From the NCBI GenBank assembly GCA_964648115.1, contig CAZYME010000005.1:31755-95754 (forward strand): 64,000 nucleotides of DNA, read 5' to 3'. This DNA is from an uncultured Legionella sp. (GTDB taxonomy: Bacteria; Pseudomonadota; Gammaproteobacteria; Legionellales; Legionellaceae). Below, piece by piece: positions 10,729-19,640 of the stretch; position 1 is the stretch's first letter, and the number at the start of each line of letters is the position of its first letter. The position numbers and the translations under genes are program-made. The notes below the pieces were generated by a model. The model saw nothing but the letters and a program-made list of their open reading frames with translations. It searched no databases and was not told the DNA's origin.

Positions 10729-11939
10729 ACTATGTTCCCTTTTTTTGCTAAATCAATAAGTAAGAGTGCACTAAGGGCAGCTCGCTCCACCAGGCTATCA
10801 AGTAATATAAATTCATTAGGGCTGTGAATATCTCCCCCGCGAACACCCAAGGTGTCTAGCACTGGAAGCCCCTGATGGGCAAGATTGTTTCCATCACAGC
10901 AGCCACCACTATCTTGCCAGTCAATTTTTAAGCCTAATTTGCTACCCATTTGCTGAGCTTGAGAAAATAAATCCTCCAATGCGGCATTGACGTGTTTTAC
11001 GGGCCGACCAAACTCACCTTGGACTGTCAGCGAATAACCCTCTCGCTGCATTTCACATATAATCTGATCTATTTTGAGACGCACCCAGCCCTCATCATCA
11101 GGGTGGCTAATCCGAACATCAAGCTTTGCTACCGCGTTGTCAGGGACGACATTGAGCGCCTCTCCACCAGCAATTTTACCAACATTGATAGTGACCCCTT
11201 TACGCTTTCCATTGAGGGCATGTATGGCAGATATTGCCTCAGCCAGGAAGCAAATTGCGTTGCGACCCTCATCAAAAGCCCGCCCAACGTGAGCGGCTTT
11301 TCCCTGCGCTATCAAGGTTAACTTGCCACTGCCTCTGCGGTTTTTGGCTAAGGTCCCGCTCGTTGTCATCGCAGGCTCATATACTAAAGCGGCTTGGTAG
11401 TTACCTGCAATATGAGCTAGCAATGCGCTGGATGCTGGGGAACCAATCTCTTCATCTGCGTTGATAATCACATCCCAGCCCAATGTATCAGCATAGGGAG
11501 ATGCTTCAAAAGCAATTAATGCATGCAACATGACAATAAGCCCGCCTTTCATGTCAGCAACTCCAGGCCCATTGACGCGATTCTCATTGATATAAGTTAA
11601 TTTTTGAAATGGGTGCGTCGCGGGATAGACTGTATCCATGTGCCCACTTAATAGAACACGATTTTTCAAAAGGGGGCGTTTACGTATGAAAAGGATGTCA
11701 CCGCAGGATTGAAGAGTGGTTTTACCCGCCATATTAACGATAGGGATAGCGGGTAAACTGCGTGATTCGATAAGGTCTGCGACAGGGGTAAAAACCTTCT
11801 GCAGCGCACTATGCATAGAAGCTAAGCCTGGCAAATTATCACTACTGGAGTTGATCTCACAAAACTCATGCAGTTGCGACACCATGGTTTGGTGGTTAGC
11901 GTGTATTAAAGAGAGTGAGTCCGTTAGTGATTTGTCCAT
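10725..11939 (-). CDS. M20 family metallohydrolase (carboxypeptidase G2 / deacylase-like)
   Basis: LLSGHMDTV, GVADMKGG and NADEEIGS metal-ligand motifs. 4-nt overlap with the astA start. No signal peptide. Confidence 0.8.
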   Translation of the reverse strand: MDKSLTDSLSLIHANHQTMVSQLHEFCEINSSSDNLPGLASMHSALQKVFTPVADLIESRSLPAIPIVNMAGKTTLQSCGDILFIRKRPLLKNRVLLSGHMDTVYPATHPFQKLTYINENRVNGPGVADMKGGLIVMLHALIAFEASPYADTLGWDVIINADEEIGSPASSALLAHIAGNYQAALVYEPAMTTSGTLAKNRRGSGKLTLIAQGKAAHVGRAFDEGRNAICFLAEAISAIHALNGKRKGVTINVGKIAGGEALNVVPDNAVAKLDVRISHPDDEGWVRLKIDQIICEMQREGYSLTVQGEFGRPVKHVNAALEDLFSQAQQMGSKLGLKIDWQDSGGCCDGNNLAHQGLPVLDTLGVRGGDIHSPNEFILLDSLVERAALSALLLIDLAKKGNIV

Positions 11940-12115
11940 TTTCTTTACGCCTTATTGTAGCAAAGTGGTTCCTGCTCCCCTTGCAATATTAGCCCCAACA
12001 GGGTCCGTAATAACCGCAAAATGACCAAAATCACCCTGTAACAGATTGTCCGCTCATTTTGTGCTCCATTTCAGTGATTCAACAGTATATAATGGCATTT
12101 TTTTTTGGAGCGCGC

Positions 12116-12829
12116 ATGCAAAATATCATAGCGCAAGCACACCCCCAATGGCACAAGCTGCTTGAGCGCGCATTAGGAGTTATGGATAGCCAATATCTTG
12201 ATAAATTACAGTCCAATGGCAATTGGTTACCTGGTATACAATCTATATTTGCGGCATTTAATTTGCCATTATCCGCTACCCAATACATTCTTTTAGGTGA
12301 GTCGCCTTATCCGCGTGCACAATCAGCAAATGGCTATGCTTTCTGGGATGAGTCGGTGCATTCGCTTTGGAGTGATAAAGGCCTTTCCAAACAGGTTAAT
12401 CGGGCAACTTCATTACGTAACCTCATCAAGATGCTTTTGCTAGCCCGCGAAGATTTGTTGCAAGATTTTTCCCAAGAGGCAATTGCAAGATTGAACAAAT
12501 CCCACTATGTCCAAACGGGAGCAGAATTATTTGGTGCGTTCATGAAGAAAGGATTTTTATTATTGAATGCATCTTTAGTCTACGCTGAAGGGCAAGTGCC
12601 TTACCATGCACGTGCCTGGCGGCCTTTTATACATAGTTTATTTCAGCAATTATCTGAGTATAACCCATCATTAAAGCTGGTTTTATTAGGACGCATTGCA
12701 GAGCAAATCCCTCAGACAAAACTTTTCCCTGTCCTTTTAGCCGAGCATCCCTATAATATAAGCTTTATCACAAACCCTGCTGTGGTTGAGTTTTTTAAAC
12801 CGATGGATTTATTGAGTATCAAGTCATGA
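12116..12829 (+). CDS. Uracil-DNA glycosylase superfamily protein (divergent)
   Basis: Start moved to MQNIIAQAHPQW. ILLGESPYP resembles the UDG GQDPY-type active-site motif. The assignment is weak. Confidence 0.45.
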   Translation: MQNIIAQAHPQWHKLLERALGVMDSQYLDKLQSNGNWLPGIQSIFAAFNLPLSATQYILLGESPYPRAQSANGYAFWDESVHSLWSDKGLSKQVNRATSLRNLIKMLLLAREDLLQDFSQEAIARLNKSHYVQTGAELFGAFMKKGFLLLNASLVYAEGQVPYHARAWRPFIHSLFQQLSEYNPSLKLVLLGRIAEQIPQTKLFPVLLAEHPYNISFITNPAVVEFFKPMDLLSIKS

Positions 12830-13518
12830 CAAAAAAAACGACGGTTGACGCAGTAGAAGTTGCTAAATTTGCTCAACATGCCACTCAATGGTGGGATACG
12901 GAAGGGCCTCTGAAAACGCTGCACGATATCAATCCTGCGCGTCTCGCTTTTATCCAAAAATTTGTCGAACCTTCTAATAAGTCTGTTTTGGATGTTGGTT
13001 GCGGTGGAGGGGTTCTTTCTGAGGGGTTGGCGCGTAATGGAGCTATCGTAACTGGGCTTGATGTTGAGCCCGATGCTATTGCCGCCGCAAAAGCGCACGC
13101 TAAGCAGCATAAATTAAAAATTGAATATGTGTGCGAGCTTATTGAGGATTATGAAGCGTCGTCCTTTGATTTTATAACCTGCATGGAGATGTTAGAGCAC
13201 GTTCCTGATCCCGCACTTGTTATAGAACATTGCGCGCGCTTACTCAAACCAGGCGGGTATTTATTTTTATCGACCATCAATAGAACAGCGAAAGCATATG
13301 CTAGCGTTATTGTTGCGGCAGAATATATTCTTCGATTATTACCCCGCCAAACCCATGATTTTGATAAATTTCTTAAGGTCAGTGAGCTAGCATCGATAAC
13401 GCGAGATGCGGGTTTAGATATGGTGGGTATGACAGGCATAGCCTACAATCCGTTCACCCGAATAGCTTCTCTACAAGACTCCATCGATGTTAATTATTTG
13501 ATGGTATGTCAAAAATAG
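12826..13518 (+). CDS. ubiG: 3-demethylubiquinol 3-O-methyltransferase / 2-polyprenyl-6-hydroxyphenol methylase
   Basis: FAQHATQWWDTEGPLKTLHDINPARLAFI, VLDVGCGGGVLSE and ITCMEMLEHVPDP. ATGA overlap with the upstream gene. Confidence 0.9.
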   Translation: MTKKTTVDAVEVAKFAQHATQWWDTEGPLKTLHDINPARLAFIQKFVEPSNKSVLDVGCGGGVLSEGLARNGAIVTGLDVEPDAIAAAKAHAKQHKLKIEYVCELIEDYEASSFDFITCMEMLEHVPDPALVIEHCARLLKPGGYLFLSTINRTAKAYASVIVAAEYILRLLPRQTHDFDKFLKVSELASITRDAGLDMVGMTGIAYNPFTRIASLQDSIDVNYLMVCQK

Positions 13519-13546
13519 ATTTGCGCATCAATAGTGGTTATTAGCA

Positions 13547-13918
13547 TTATTTTGACGCTGAACCAGCGCGTTTTTTCTCTGCATAGCGTTGTTTATAACG
13601 TTGATAGGCATATTTGGCTTGCTCTTCTGTAACAATATCTACTTCATTACCAAATAAATCAACCCTAGCAACATTGGCTTTTTGGCAACTTAGGTAAGCA
13701 GGTGATGCGCTGTAATAGTTTAATGCTTCACGAAGTGCTTTTTTGCTAAATGGTGGTGACTCAAGCCGCTCATAGAAATCAATAATATCGTCAAAAATCC
13801 CTATTTTAAGCGGTTTAACTTGTGTGATTTTTTTCAAAAAAGCTGCTGGGAAATGTTCTGATAGCCACTCAATGATCTTTAATTTATCCCTTTTCGCAAT
13901 ATCGTGCTGTTGATCCAT
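13547..13918 (-). CDS. Small ProQ/FinO-domain RNA-binding protein
   Basis: IIEWLSEHFPAAF..VKPLKIGIFDDI...PFSKKALREALNYYSASPAYL is the FinO-domain signature. At 123 aa it is domain-only. Confidence 0.7.
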   Translation of the reverse strand: MDQQHDIAKRDKLKIIEWLSEHFPAAFLKKITQVKPLKIGIFDDIIDFYERLESPPFSKKALREALNYYSASPAYLSCQKANVARVDLFGNEVDIVTEEQAKYAYQRYKQRYAEKKRAGSASK

Positions 13919-14062
13919 TGTTTTACTCTATGAGCAGTTAAATACTATGTAACCTACCAAACAATAAAGAGATTTGCAAAGAAACCGTAGATAAACCCGG
14001 TTGATGCAATAGCAGTAGCTGTGTACTGGGTCTCTTTCGTGAAAAATTATCTTGAAAACAAG

Positions 14063-14076
14063 CAAGAAATTTCTCA
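14063..14076. promoter_or_regulatory. LetA/GacA-type palindromic upstream box
   Basis: cAAGAAATTTCTCA. It contains the perfect palindrome AGAAATTTCT and matches 13 of 14 positions of TNAGAAATTTCTNA, as I recall it for Legionella rsmY/rsmZ. Confidence 0.5.
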
Positions 14077-14149
14077 ATGTGTATTGAGACGATGGAGGGG
14101 GGTAGGGTTGTAATTTTAGTAACTATCTGAAATATATAATATTTATATA

Positions 14150-14359
14150 ATCGTAGGACGGGGTGTCACGAGATTATTTTGTCAAGCTGTCTTGCATATG
14201 AACATATGGGCTGCTAGATTTAATCTATGACTTCGTAAGGATATGAAGTCTGCTAAACGGATTTTAATCAGATGGATCTGATATTCAAGGAAGAATAAAT
14301 TCAGGGCTTGCTCCTGAATGGAAGACTGTGAAAAGCCAGGGCCATGCCCTGGCTTTTTT
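14150..14359 (+). ncRNA. RsmY/RsmZ-like CsrA-sequestering sRNA (5' end approximate; core 14229-14359)
   Basis: ORF-free gap. GGA motifs sit in loops or linkers: hairpin 14229-14250, hairpin 14268-14281, linker 14286-14293, and hairpin 14300-14318 followed by UGGAAG. Intrinsic terminator at 14334-14359. LetA-like box upstream. Confidence 0.55.
14334..14359 (+). terminator. Bidirectional intrinsic terminator (sRNA on +, ldt-like gene on -)
   Basis: AGCCAGGGC / GCCCTGGCT stem with a 3-nt loop. TTTTT follows on the + strand and AAAA precedes it (= U-run for the - strand). Confidence 0.75.
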
Positions 14360-14364
14360 ACAGC

Positions 14365-15042
14365 TTATGCTACAGCGTAGCCTGTGTGAGATAAATAGTT
14401 GCGATCGGGGTAGTAAGCAAATACAACCGAACCACCTTTAATAGTGTTAATAACTGGCTTAGCCATTGTTTGAGCGATTGAAGGGCAGCCCCAACTACGA
14501 CCAGCACGCCCTGATTTTTTAATGAAATCAGGCTCAACATACCAAGCACCATGAATAACAACACGGCGGTTGTATGCATTGTCGTTAAAACCTTTTTCTA
14601 ACCCCTGTAAATTCAATGAATAACCTTTTGAACCAATATACGTGTCACGTGTTACATAGGTACCTAAGCTAGTTTCTTTGCTTGAGGTTCTATTTGAAAA
14701 GTGATGTGGAGTGGTCATGCCTGAATTTTGGCCATGAGCAACATAAGTGTTATATAATAATTTTTCTTTACGAACATCAAAGATCCACATACGTTGCTTT
14801 GATGATGGGAGTGAGTAATCAATAACAGTCAGAACTGGTTTCTTAACAGCGCCCTTAGAGGAAGCCTTCTGATAAGCAACCAGGGCTAGCTTCAGAACTT
14901 TTTTATTAAGTTGAGGTGCCTTTTGAGCTAAATGCTGGACTTCTGTATTGATATTAAAAGCTGATCTTTTGAATATCGCTGCGCTAGATGTCATGTTACT
15001 GCTAAGCATGGCTATTGATATGAGGGCTAATATTGTATTCAT
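14365..15042 (-). CDS. Secreted L,D-transpeptidase catalytic-domain-like protein (YkuD_2 type)
   Basis: Signal peptide MNTILALISIAMLSS. VVIHGAWYV ... GRSWGCPS His/Cys motif. Confidence 0.6.
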   Translation of the reverse strand: MNTILALISIAMLSSNMTSSAAIFKRSAFNINTEVQHLAQKAPQLNKKVLKLALVAYQKASSKGAVKKPVLTVIDYSLPSSKQRMWIFDVRKEKLLYNTYVAHGQNSGMTTPHHFSNRTSSKETSLGTYVTRDTYIGSKGYSLNLQGLEKGFNDNAYNRRVVIHGAWYVEPDFIKKSGRAGRSWGCPSIAQTMAKPVINTIKGGSVVFAYYPDRNYLSHTGYAVA

Positions 15043-15431
15043 AATGCTCCATTCTTTAGTAACGTCGCCTTCATAACTGAGGCGTGCAAAAAGTGTGTAT
15101 TATATAGACAATTGGCAAAAATGTAAAGTCGCAAGCTAAGTAGGTGTTTTTTTTAATAAAATTCAATAAATACAATGGGTTGGATCACGGTGGTGGTCAT
15201 TGTATGGCGTAATTGACAAACAATTTGCGCTAAATTTACACTAATAGACCATATATTTAATATACAAATAGGTTAATTTGTACACTGTTTTTGTAGATTT
15301 AATTCTATTTATCACCCAATTCAACGTTGATAAAGGGCCTGATTTTCACCTGAAATTTTATTTATTATCAAATTTGGATTATCCTTCAACATTTTTAACA
15401 GAAGTAATGTCATTTTTCAATTGGAGGCAAT

Positions 15432-18400
15432 ATGCTTGATAGGCTACCTTTACAATCTCCACAAAGATTACGTGCAGCGATCAATGATCTATATCGCATG
15501 AAGGAAGAACATATTGTTACCAGGCTTATTGAAGAAGCTCGGCTCGATGATAATCTGACTGTAGCAGTCCATAATGTGGCGATGCGCTTGGTAGAAAAAG
15601 TGCGTTCTGAGCGTAAAAAAACCACGGGGATTGACTCTTTTTTGACACAATATGCTTTGTCTAGCGACGAGGGAATTGCATTGATGTGCTTAGCCGAAGC
15701 ACTTTTGCGGGTGCCAGATAATGCAACCATTGATAATCTAATTAAAGATAAACTAGCGACTGCTGATTGGGGTTCTCATCGTGGACAGAGCAATTCTTTC
15801 TTTGTAAATGCTACAACCTGGGCATTAATGTTAACCGGAAAAGTGCTAACACCAGGGAAAGCCGAATCAGTTCTCAGTAAAGCCTTAATGAAGGTCGTCA
15901 ATCGCAGTAGCGAAGGTGTCGTCCGGACAGCTGTTGATAAAGCTATGCGTATTATGAGTAAGCAATTTGTTATGGGGCGTACGATTAGCGAGGCAATAAC
16001 CCGCGCCAAGAAAAAAGAAGCTATTGGCTATCGATACTCTTATGACATGTTAGGCGAGGCGGCGTTAACCGCATTTGACGCGGAGCGTTATTTTAAAGCC
16101 TACACTCAAGCTATTGAAACAATTGGTAAGTCAGTTAACTCGGAAATTGATATTTATCGTAAACCCGGTATTTCTATTAAACTTTCCGCATTGCATCCCC
16201 GCTATCAAGAGGCACAACTTGATCGCGTTTTACCCGAATTAGCTCCAAAATTATTAGCGTTAGCACAATTAGCCAAAAAATATGATATTGCTCTTACCAT
16301 TGATGCCGAAGAATCCGAGCGTTTGGATTTATCACTAGATGTCATTGAACGTGTGTTTAATGACGATAGTCTAGATGGCTGGAATGGGTTTGGTATGGCT
16401 GTGCAATCCTACCAAAAACGCGCTTTTTACGTACTTGATTGGATAGCGACACTGGCCCGGAGTAAGAAACGACGCATGATGGTACGTTTAATTAAGGGTG
16501 CTTATTGGGATAGTGAAATTAAAAAAACACAGATGCAAGGGCTAGCTGAATACCCGGTTTTTACACGGAAAGTATTTACTGATGTCTCGTTTCAGGCCTG
16601 CGCGAAGAAACTATTGACGATGACTGACGCTATTTATCCTCAATTTGCCACACATAATGCATACTCTGTTGCTCTTATTTTAAATTTAGTCGGTTCTTAC
16701 AGAGATTTTGAATTTCAATGTTTGCATGGTATGGGTAATGAATTGTATGAGCAAATTGTTCCGGCGAATCAATATAACATCCCTTGCCGAATCTACGCAC
16801 CAGTTGGTAGCCATGAAGATTTACTGCCTTACTTAGTGAGGCGCTTGCTGGAAAACGGTGCGAACTCCTCTTTTGTAAACCGCATTGTCGATGACAAAGC
16901 ACCTATCGCTGAGTTGGTTGAGGATCCCTTGAGTAAAGCGCGGTATTTACTTAGCAAAATTAACCAAAACATCCCTTTACCCCATGATATTTTTTTGCCG
17001 GAGCGTAAAAACTCACCAGGGATAGATTTTAGTGATAGAAGGTGTGTTGCAGAGCTGCAACAACATTTTAAGAATATTGAGTTAGGGAAATGGCAGGCGG
17101 CTCCAATTTTGGCTAAAAAACAAATTTCTCAACATAACAAGCAAGATGTTGTATCTCCACAACAAGCTGATCGCGTGATAGGGCAGGTAGTTAATGCTGC
17201 TACAAAAGATATCGATACTGCGCTATCTAATGCAGGGGGAATTTTTCCAGAATGGAGCCAAACCCCTGTTATTGAACGTGCAGCTTGTCTAGAACGGTTT
17301 GCCTGTCTTATGGAAGATAATATGCCACGCTTACTCGGTATGCTATGCCTTGAGGCGGGTAAAACATGGAATGATGGTGTAGCTGAGGTAAGGGAGGCAA
17401 TTGATTTTTGCCGGTACTACGCGACCATGGCTGAAAAAATGATGACTAATCCGGTACGCCTACAAGGCTATACGGGTGAAGTAAATGAATTAAGTTTGCA
17501 TGCACGCGGTATTGTACTTTGCATTAGCCCTTGGAACTTTCCATTAGCTATTTTTACAGGGCAGGTAGTCGCAGCGTTGGTTACAGGTAATTGTGTGATT
17601 GCCAAACCTGCCGAGCAAACCCCCTTAATCGCTCATTATGCTGTTGAATTAATGCTTAAAGCCGGTATTCCAGCTGGTGTAGTGCAACTATTACCTGGAG
17701 CTGGTGAAACGATTGGAGCAGCTTTAGTTGCTGATAAACGGATTAAAGCAGTTATCTTTACCGGTTCAACGCAAACGGCTTCGGCTATTAATAAGACATT
17801 GGCCACTCGAGGTGGTGAAATTATTCCATTGATAGCAGAAACTGGTGGTCAAAACACGATGATTGTTGACTCCTCAGCTCTGCTTGAGCAAGTTGTGGTG
17901 GACGTTGTTACTTCAGCATTTGGCAGTGCGGGCCAACGCTGCTCTGCTTTAAGAGTGCTGTATGTACAAGAGGAAGTATATCCACGCCTTATCGAATTAC
18001 TAAAGGGGGCCATGGCTGAGTTGAGAGTAGGCGACCCTTGTTGGCTAACCACAGATGTTGGACCAGTTATCGATAAAGATGCTTTAACGGTACTAAAAAA
18101 CCATGTGGCTGCTTGTAAAAAGAAATACGAGCTGATTTATCAAAGCCAATTAAATTACACATGTGACGCAGGGTTCTTTATGCCACCCACGGCCATTGCT
18201 ATTGATAGTATAAAAGCCTTAGATAAAGAAGTTTTTGGCCCAGTGCTGCATGTTATTCAATACAAACGTAAAGCCTTAGATACAGTTATAGAGCAAATCA
18301 ACAATACAGGCTTTGGGCTCACTTTAGGTATTCATAGTCGTATTAATGAAACGGTTGAATATATACGTCAACGCATCCACGTTGGAAATTGTTACGTAAA

Positions 18401-18581
18401 CCGCAATATGATTGGCGCGGTAGTCGGTTTGCAGCCATTTGGCGGCGAGGGCTTATCGGGAACAGGGCCAAAAGCCGGAGGCCCTCATTATTTGCAACGC
18501 TTGTGTCATGAGCGAACGTATACAGTCGATACGACTGCGGCTGGCGGTAATGCAAGTTTAATGTCGTTGTCTGAAGAGTAA
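15432..18581 (+). CDS. putA: Bifunctional proline dehydrogenase / 1-pyrroline-5-carboxylate dehydrogenase
   Basis: PRODH barrel motifs (YSYDMLGEA, LIKGAYWD, FATHNA) plus ALDH motifs (ETGGQNTMIVD, GQRCSALR). At 1049 aa it has no N-terminal ribbon-helix-helix DNA-binding domain. Confidence 0.95.
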   Translation: MLDRLPLQSPQRLRAAINDLYRMKEEHIVTRLIEEARLDDNLTVAVHNVAMRLVEKVRSERKKTTGIDSFLTQYALSSDEGIALMCLAEALLRVPDNATIDNLIKDKLATADWGSHRGQSNSFFVNATTWALMLTGKVLTPGKAESVLSKALMKVVNRSSEGVVRTAVDKAMRIMSKQFVMGRTISEAITRAKKKEAIGYRYSYDMLGEAALTAFDAERYFKAYTQAIETIGKSVNSEIDIYRKPGISIKLSALHPRYQEAQLDRVLPELAPKLLALAQLAKKYDIALTIDAEESERLDLSLDVIERVFNDDSLDGWNGFGMAVQSYQKRAFYVLDWIATLARSKKRRMMVRLIKGAYWDSEIKKTQMQGLAEYPVFTRKVFTDVSFQACAKKLLTMTDAIYPQFATHNAYSVALILNLVGSYRDFEFQCLHGMGNELYEQIVPANQYNIPCRIYAPVGSHEDLLPYLVRRLLENGANSSFVNRIVDDKAPIAELVEDPLSKARYLLSKINQNIPLPHDIFLPERKNSPGIDFSDRRCVAELQQHFKNIELGKWQAAPILAKKQISQHNKQDVVSPQQADRVIGQVVNAATKDIDTALSNAGGIFPEWSQTPVIERAACLERFACLMEDNMPRLLGMLCLEAGKTWNDGVAEVREAIDFCRYYATMAEKMMTNPVRLQGYTGEVNELSLHARGIVLCISPWNFPLAIFTGQVVAALVTGNCVIAKPAEQTPLIAHYAVELMLKAGIPAGVVQLLPGAGETIGAALVADKRIKAVIFTGSTQTASAINKTLATRGGEIIPLIAETGGQNTMIVDSSALLEQVVVDVVTSAFGSAGQRCSALRVLYVQEEVYPRLIELLKGAMAELRVGDPCWLTTDVGPVIDKDALTVLKNHVAACKKKYELIYQSQLNYTCDAGFFMPPTAIAIDSIKALDKEVFGPVLHVIQYKRKALDTVIEQINNTGFGLTLGIHSRINETVEYIRQRIHVGNCYVNRNMIGAVVGLQPFGGEGLSGTGPKAGGPHYLQRLCHERTYTVDTTAAGGNASLMSLSEE

Positions 18582-18610
18582 ATTCAAACAAATTTCACCA
18601 GGAGTTTAAT

Positions 18611-19396
18611 ATGCCGCGTATTAGAATAGTAAGTTTAGGTGAGGTTGTTCCTCAACTCCAAAATAGGGCCTTGGATGATTTTGCCAAGCTCATCAATCCT
18701 GAAAATCCAAAAGATGCGCTAGGTGTTTTAAAGGACATCCTTGGCCGTATGAAAACATTTGAAGACTTATCCAGTTTCAAAACGGGGAGTATGAGCGAAG
18801 AAGAATTTACAAATATCATGATTAAAAGGATCAATGAGTCTACCAATGTAAAATTAACTACCGAGCAATTCGACACAGCGTGGAATGCAATGAACCCAAC
18901 TGTTGCCGAATTTTCTCCGCTTTTAGGAGAGGTTATTCGTGAGAACACTGGAGAACAACAAATCGTTTTCGTGAGCTATACCAATCCTAAAGATATGAGA
19001 CATTTAAGGCAGATGCTGGATTCTGCAGGTATAAAATATACCCTAGATGAAAATAATGAGCTCAATAGCATAGATGGGGTACCCTTACATTTATCCTATG
19101 CTACAAAGCGCCCCAAAGGTGACCTTATTTTGCATGTCATTCAAAAAATGACCCCCGCGCCGAGTTCTGCTATGTTTACTAGTGCGCCTCTAGATATTAA
19201 ATATGTTCGTAGTATTAACGGAGATAAAGATCCAATAATGGCTTTTTTGCATGATCAAAGTGATCAAGCAGCCGTAGATGCAGCTGAGAAAAAGGGCGTG
19301 GATGTTCTAATATGGAATAAGCAAGCAGGGCAATCTTTTAGAGATACTATTCAAGCGGGACAAAGTTATAGCATAGATCCTGCAAAATTATCTTAA
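18611..19396 (+). CDS. Hypothetical protein with HAD-phosphatase-like fold and degenerate motif I
   Basis: 29 nt after putA, with an AGGAG RBS. IVSLGEV, FDTAWNAM, VFVSYTNP and KRPKGD line up by eye with HAD motifs I-III of YihX-type phosphatases, but Ser replaces the nucleophilic Asp. Confidence 0.45.
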   Translation: MPRIRIVSLGEVVPQLQNRALDDFAKLINPENPKDALGVLKDILGRMKTFEDLSSFKTGSMSEEEFTNIMIKRINESTNVKLTTEQFDTAWNAMNPTVAEFSPLLGEVIRENTGEQQIVFVSYTNPKDMRHLRQMLDSAGIKYTLDENNELNSIDGVPLHLSYATKRPKGDLILHVIQKMTPAPSSAMFTSAPLDIKYVRSINGDKDPIMAFLHDQSDQAAVDAAEKKGVDVLIWNKQAGQSFRDTIQAGQSYSIDPAKLS

Positions 19397-19404
19397 ATGT
19401 AGAC

Positions 19405-19627
19405 GTAGGTTGGGTCATGACCCAACAACTGCGCAAAGCGCCACCAAACATGATCTTTCGTCATATATAAGGAAAATAATCGTCTTTGCGAGCGTAGCGA
19501 AGCAATCCAGTGTCTTTATCTAAGCGACATTAGGGCCGCTGGATTGCTTCGCTGCGCTCGCAAAGACGGGCTATTTTTGGCCGGGATTTTCTTAAGTAAG
19601 TGCCATTAGGTCAATGACCCAACCTAC
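19405..19627. repeat. MITE-like composite palindromic element, copy B (inverted relative to copy A)
   Basis: Inner palindrome at 19481-19568. Its loop and the flank GGGCTATTTTTGGCCGGGATTTTCTTAAGTAAGTGCCATT are the reverse complement of 9541-9573 in copy A. Confidence 0.85.
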
Positions 19628-19640
19628 TTTTAATAAGCTA

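Noticed and set aside
9521-19627. Composite transposon or genomic island delimited by the inverted MITE-like copies
   Set aside because: The interior is housekeeping (astA, ubiG, putA). No transposase or integrase is present, and I could not identify target-site duplications. It is kept only as a possible inversion substrate.
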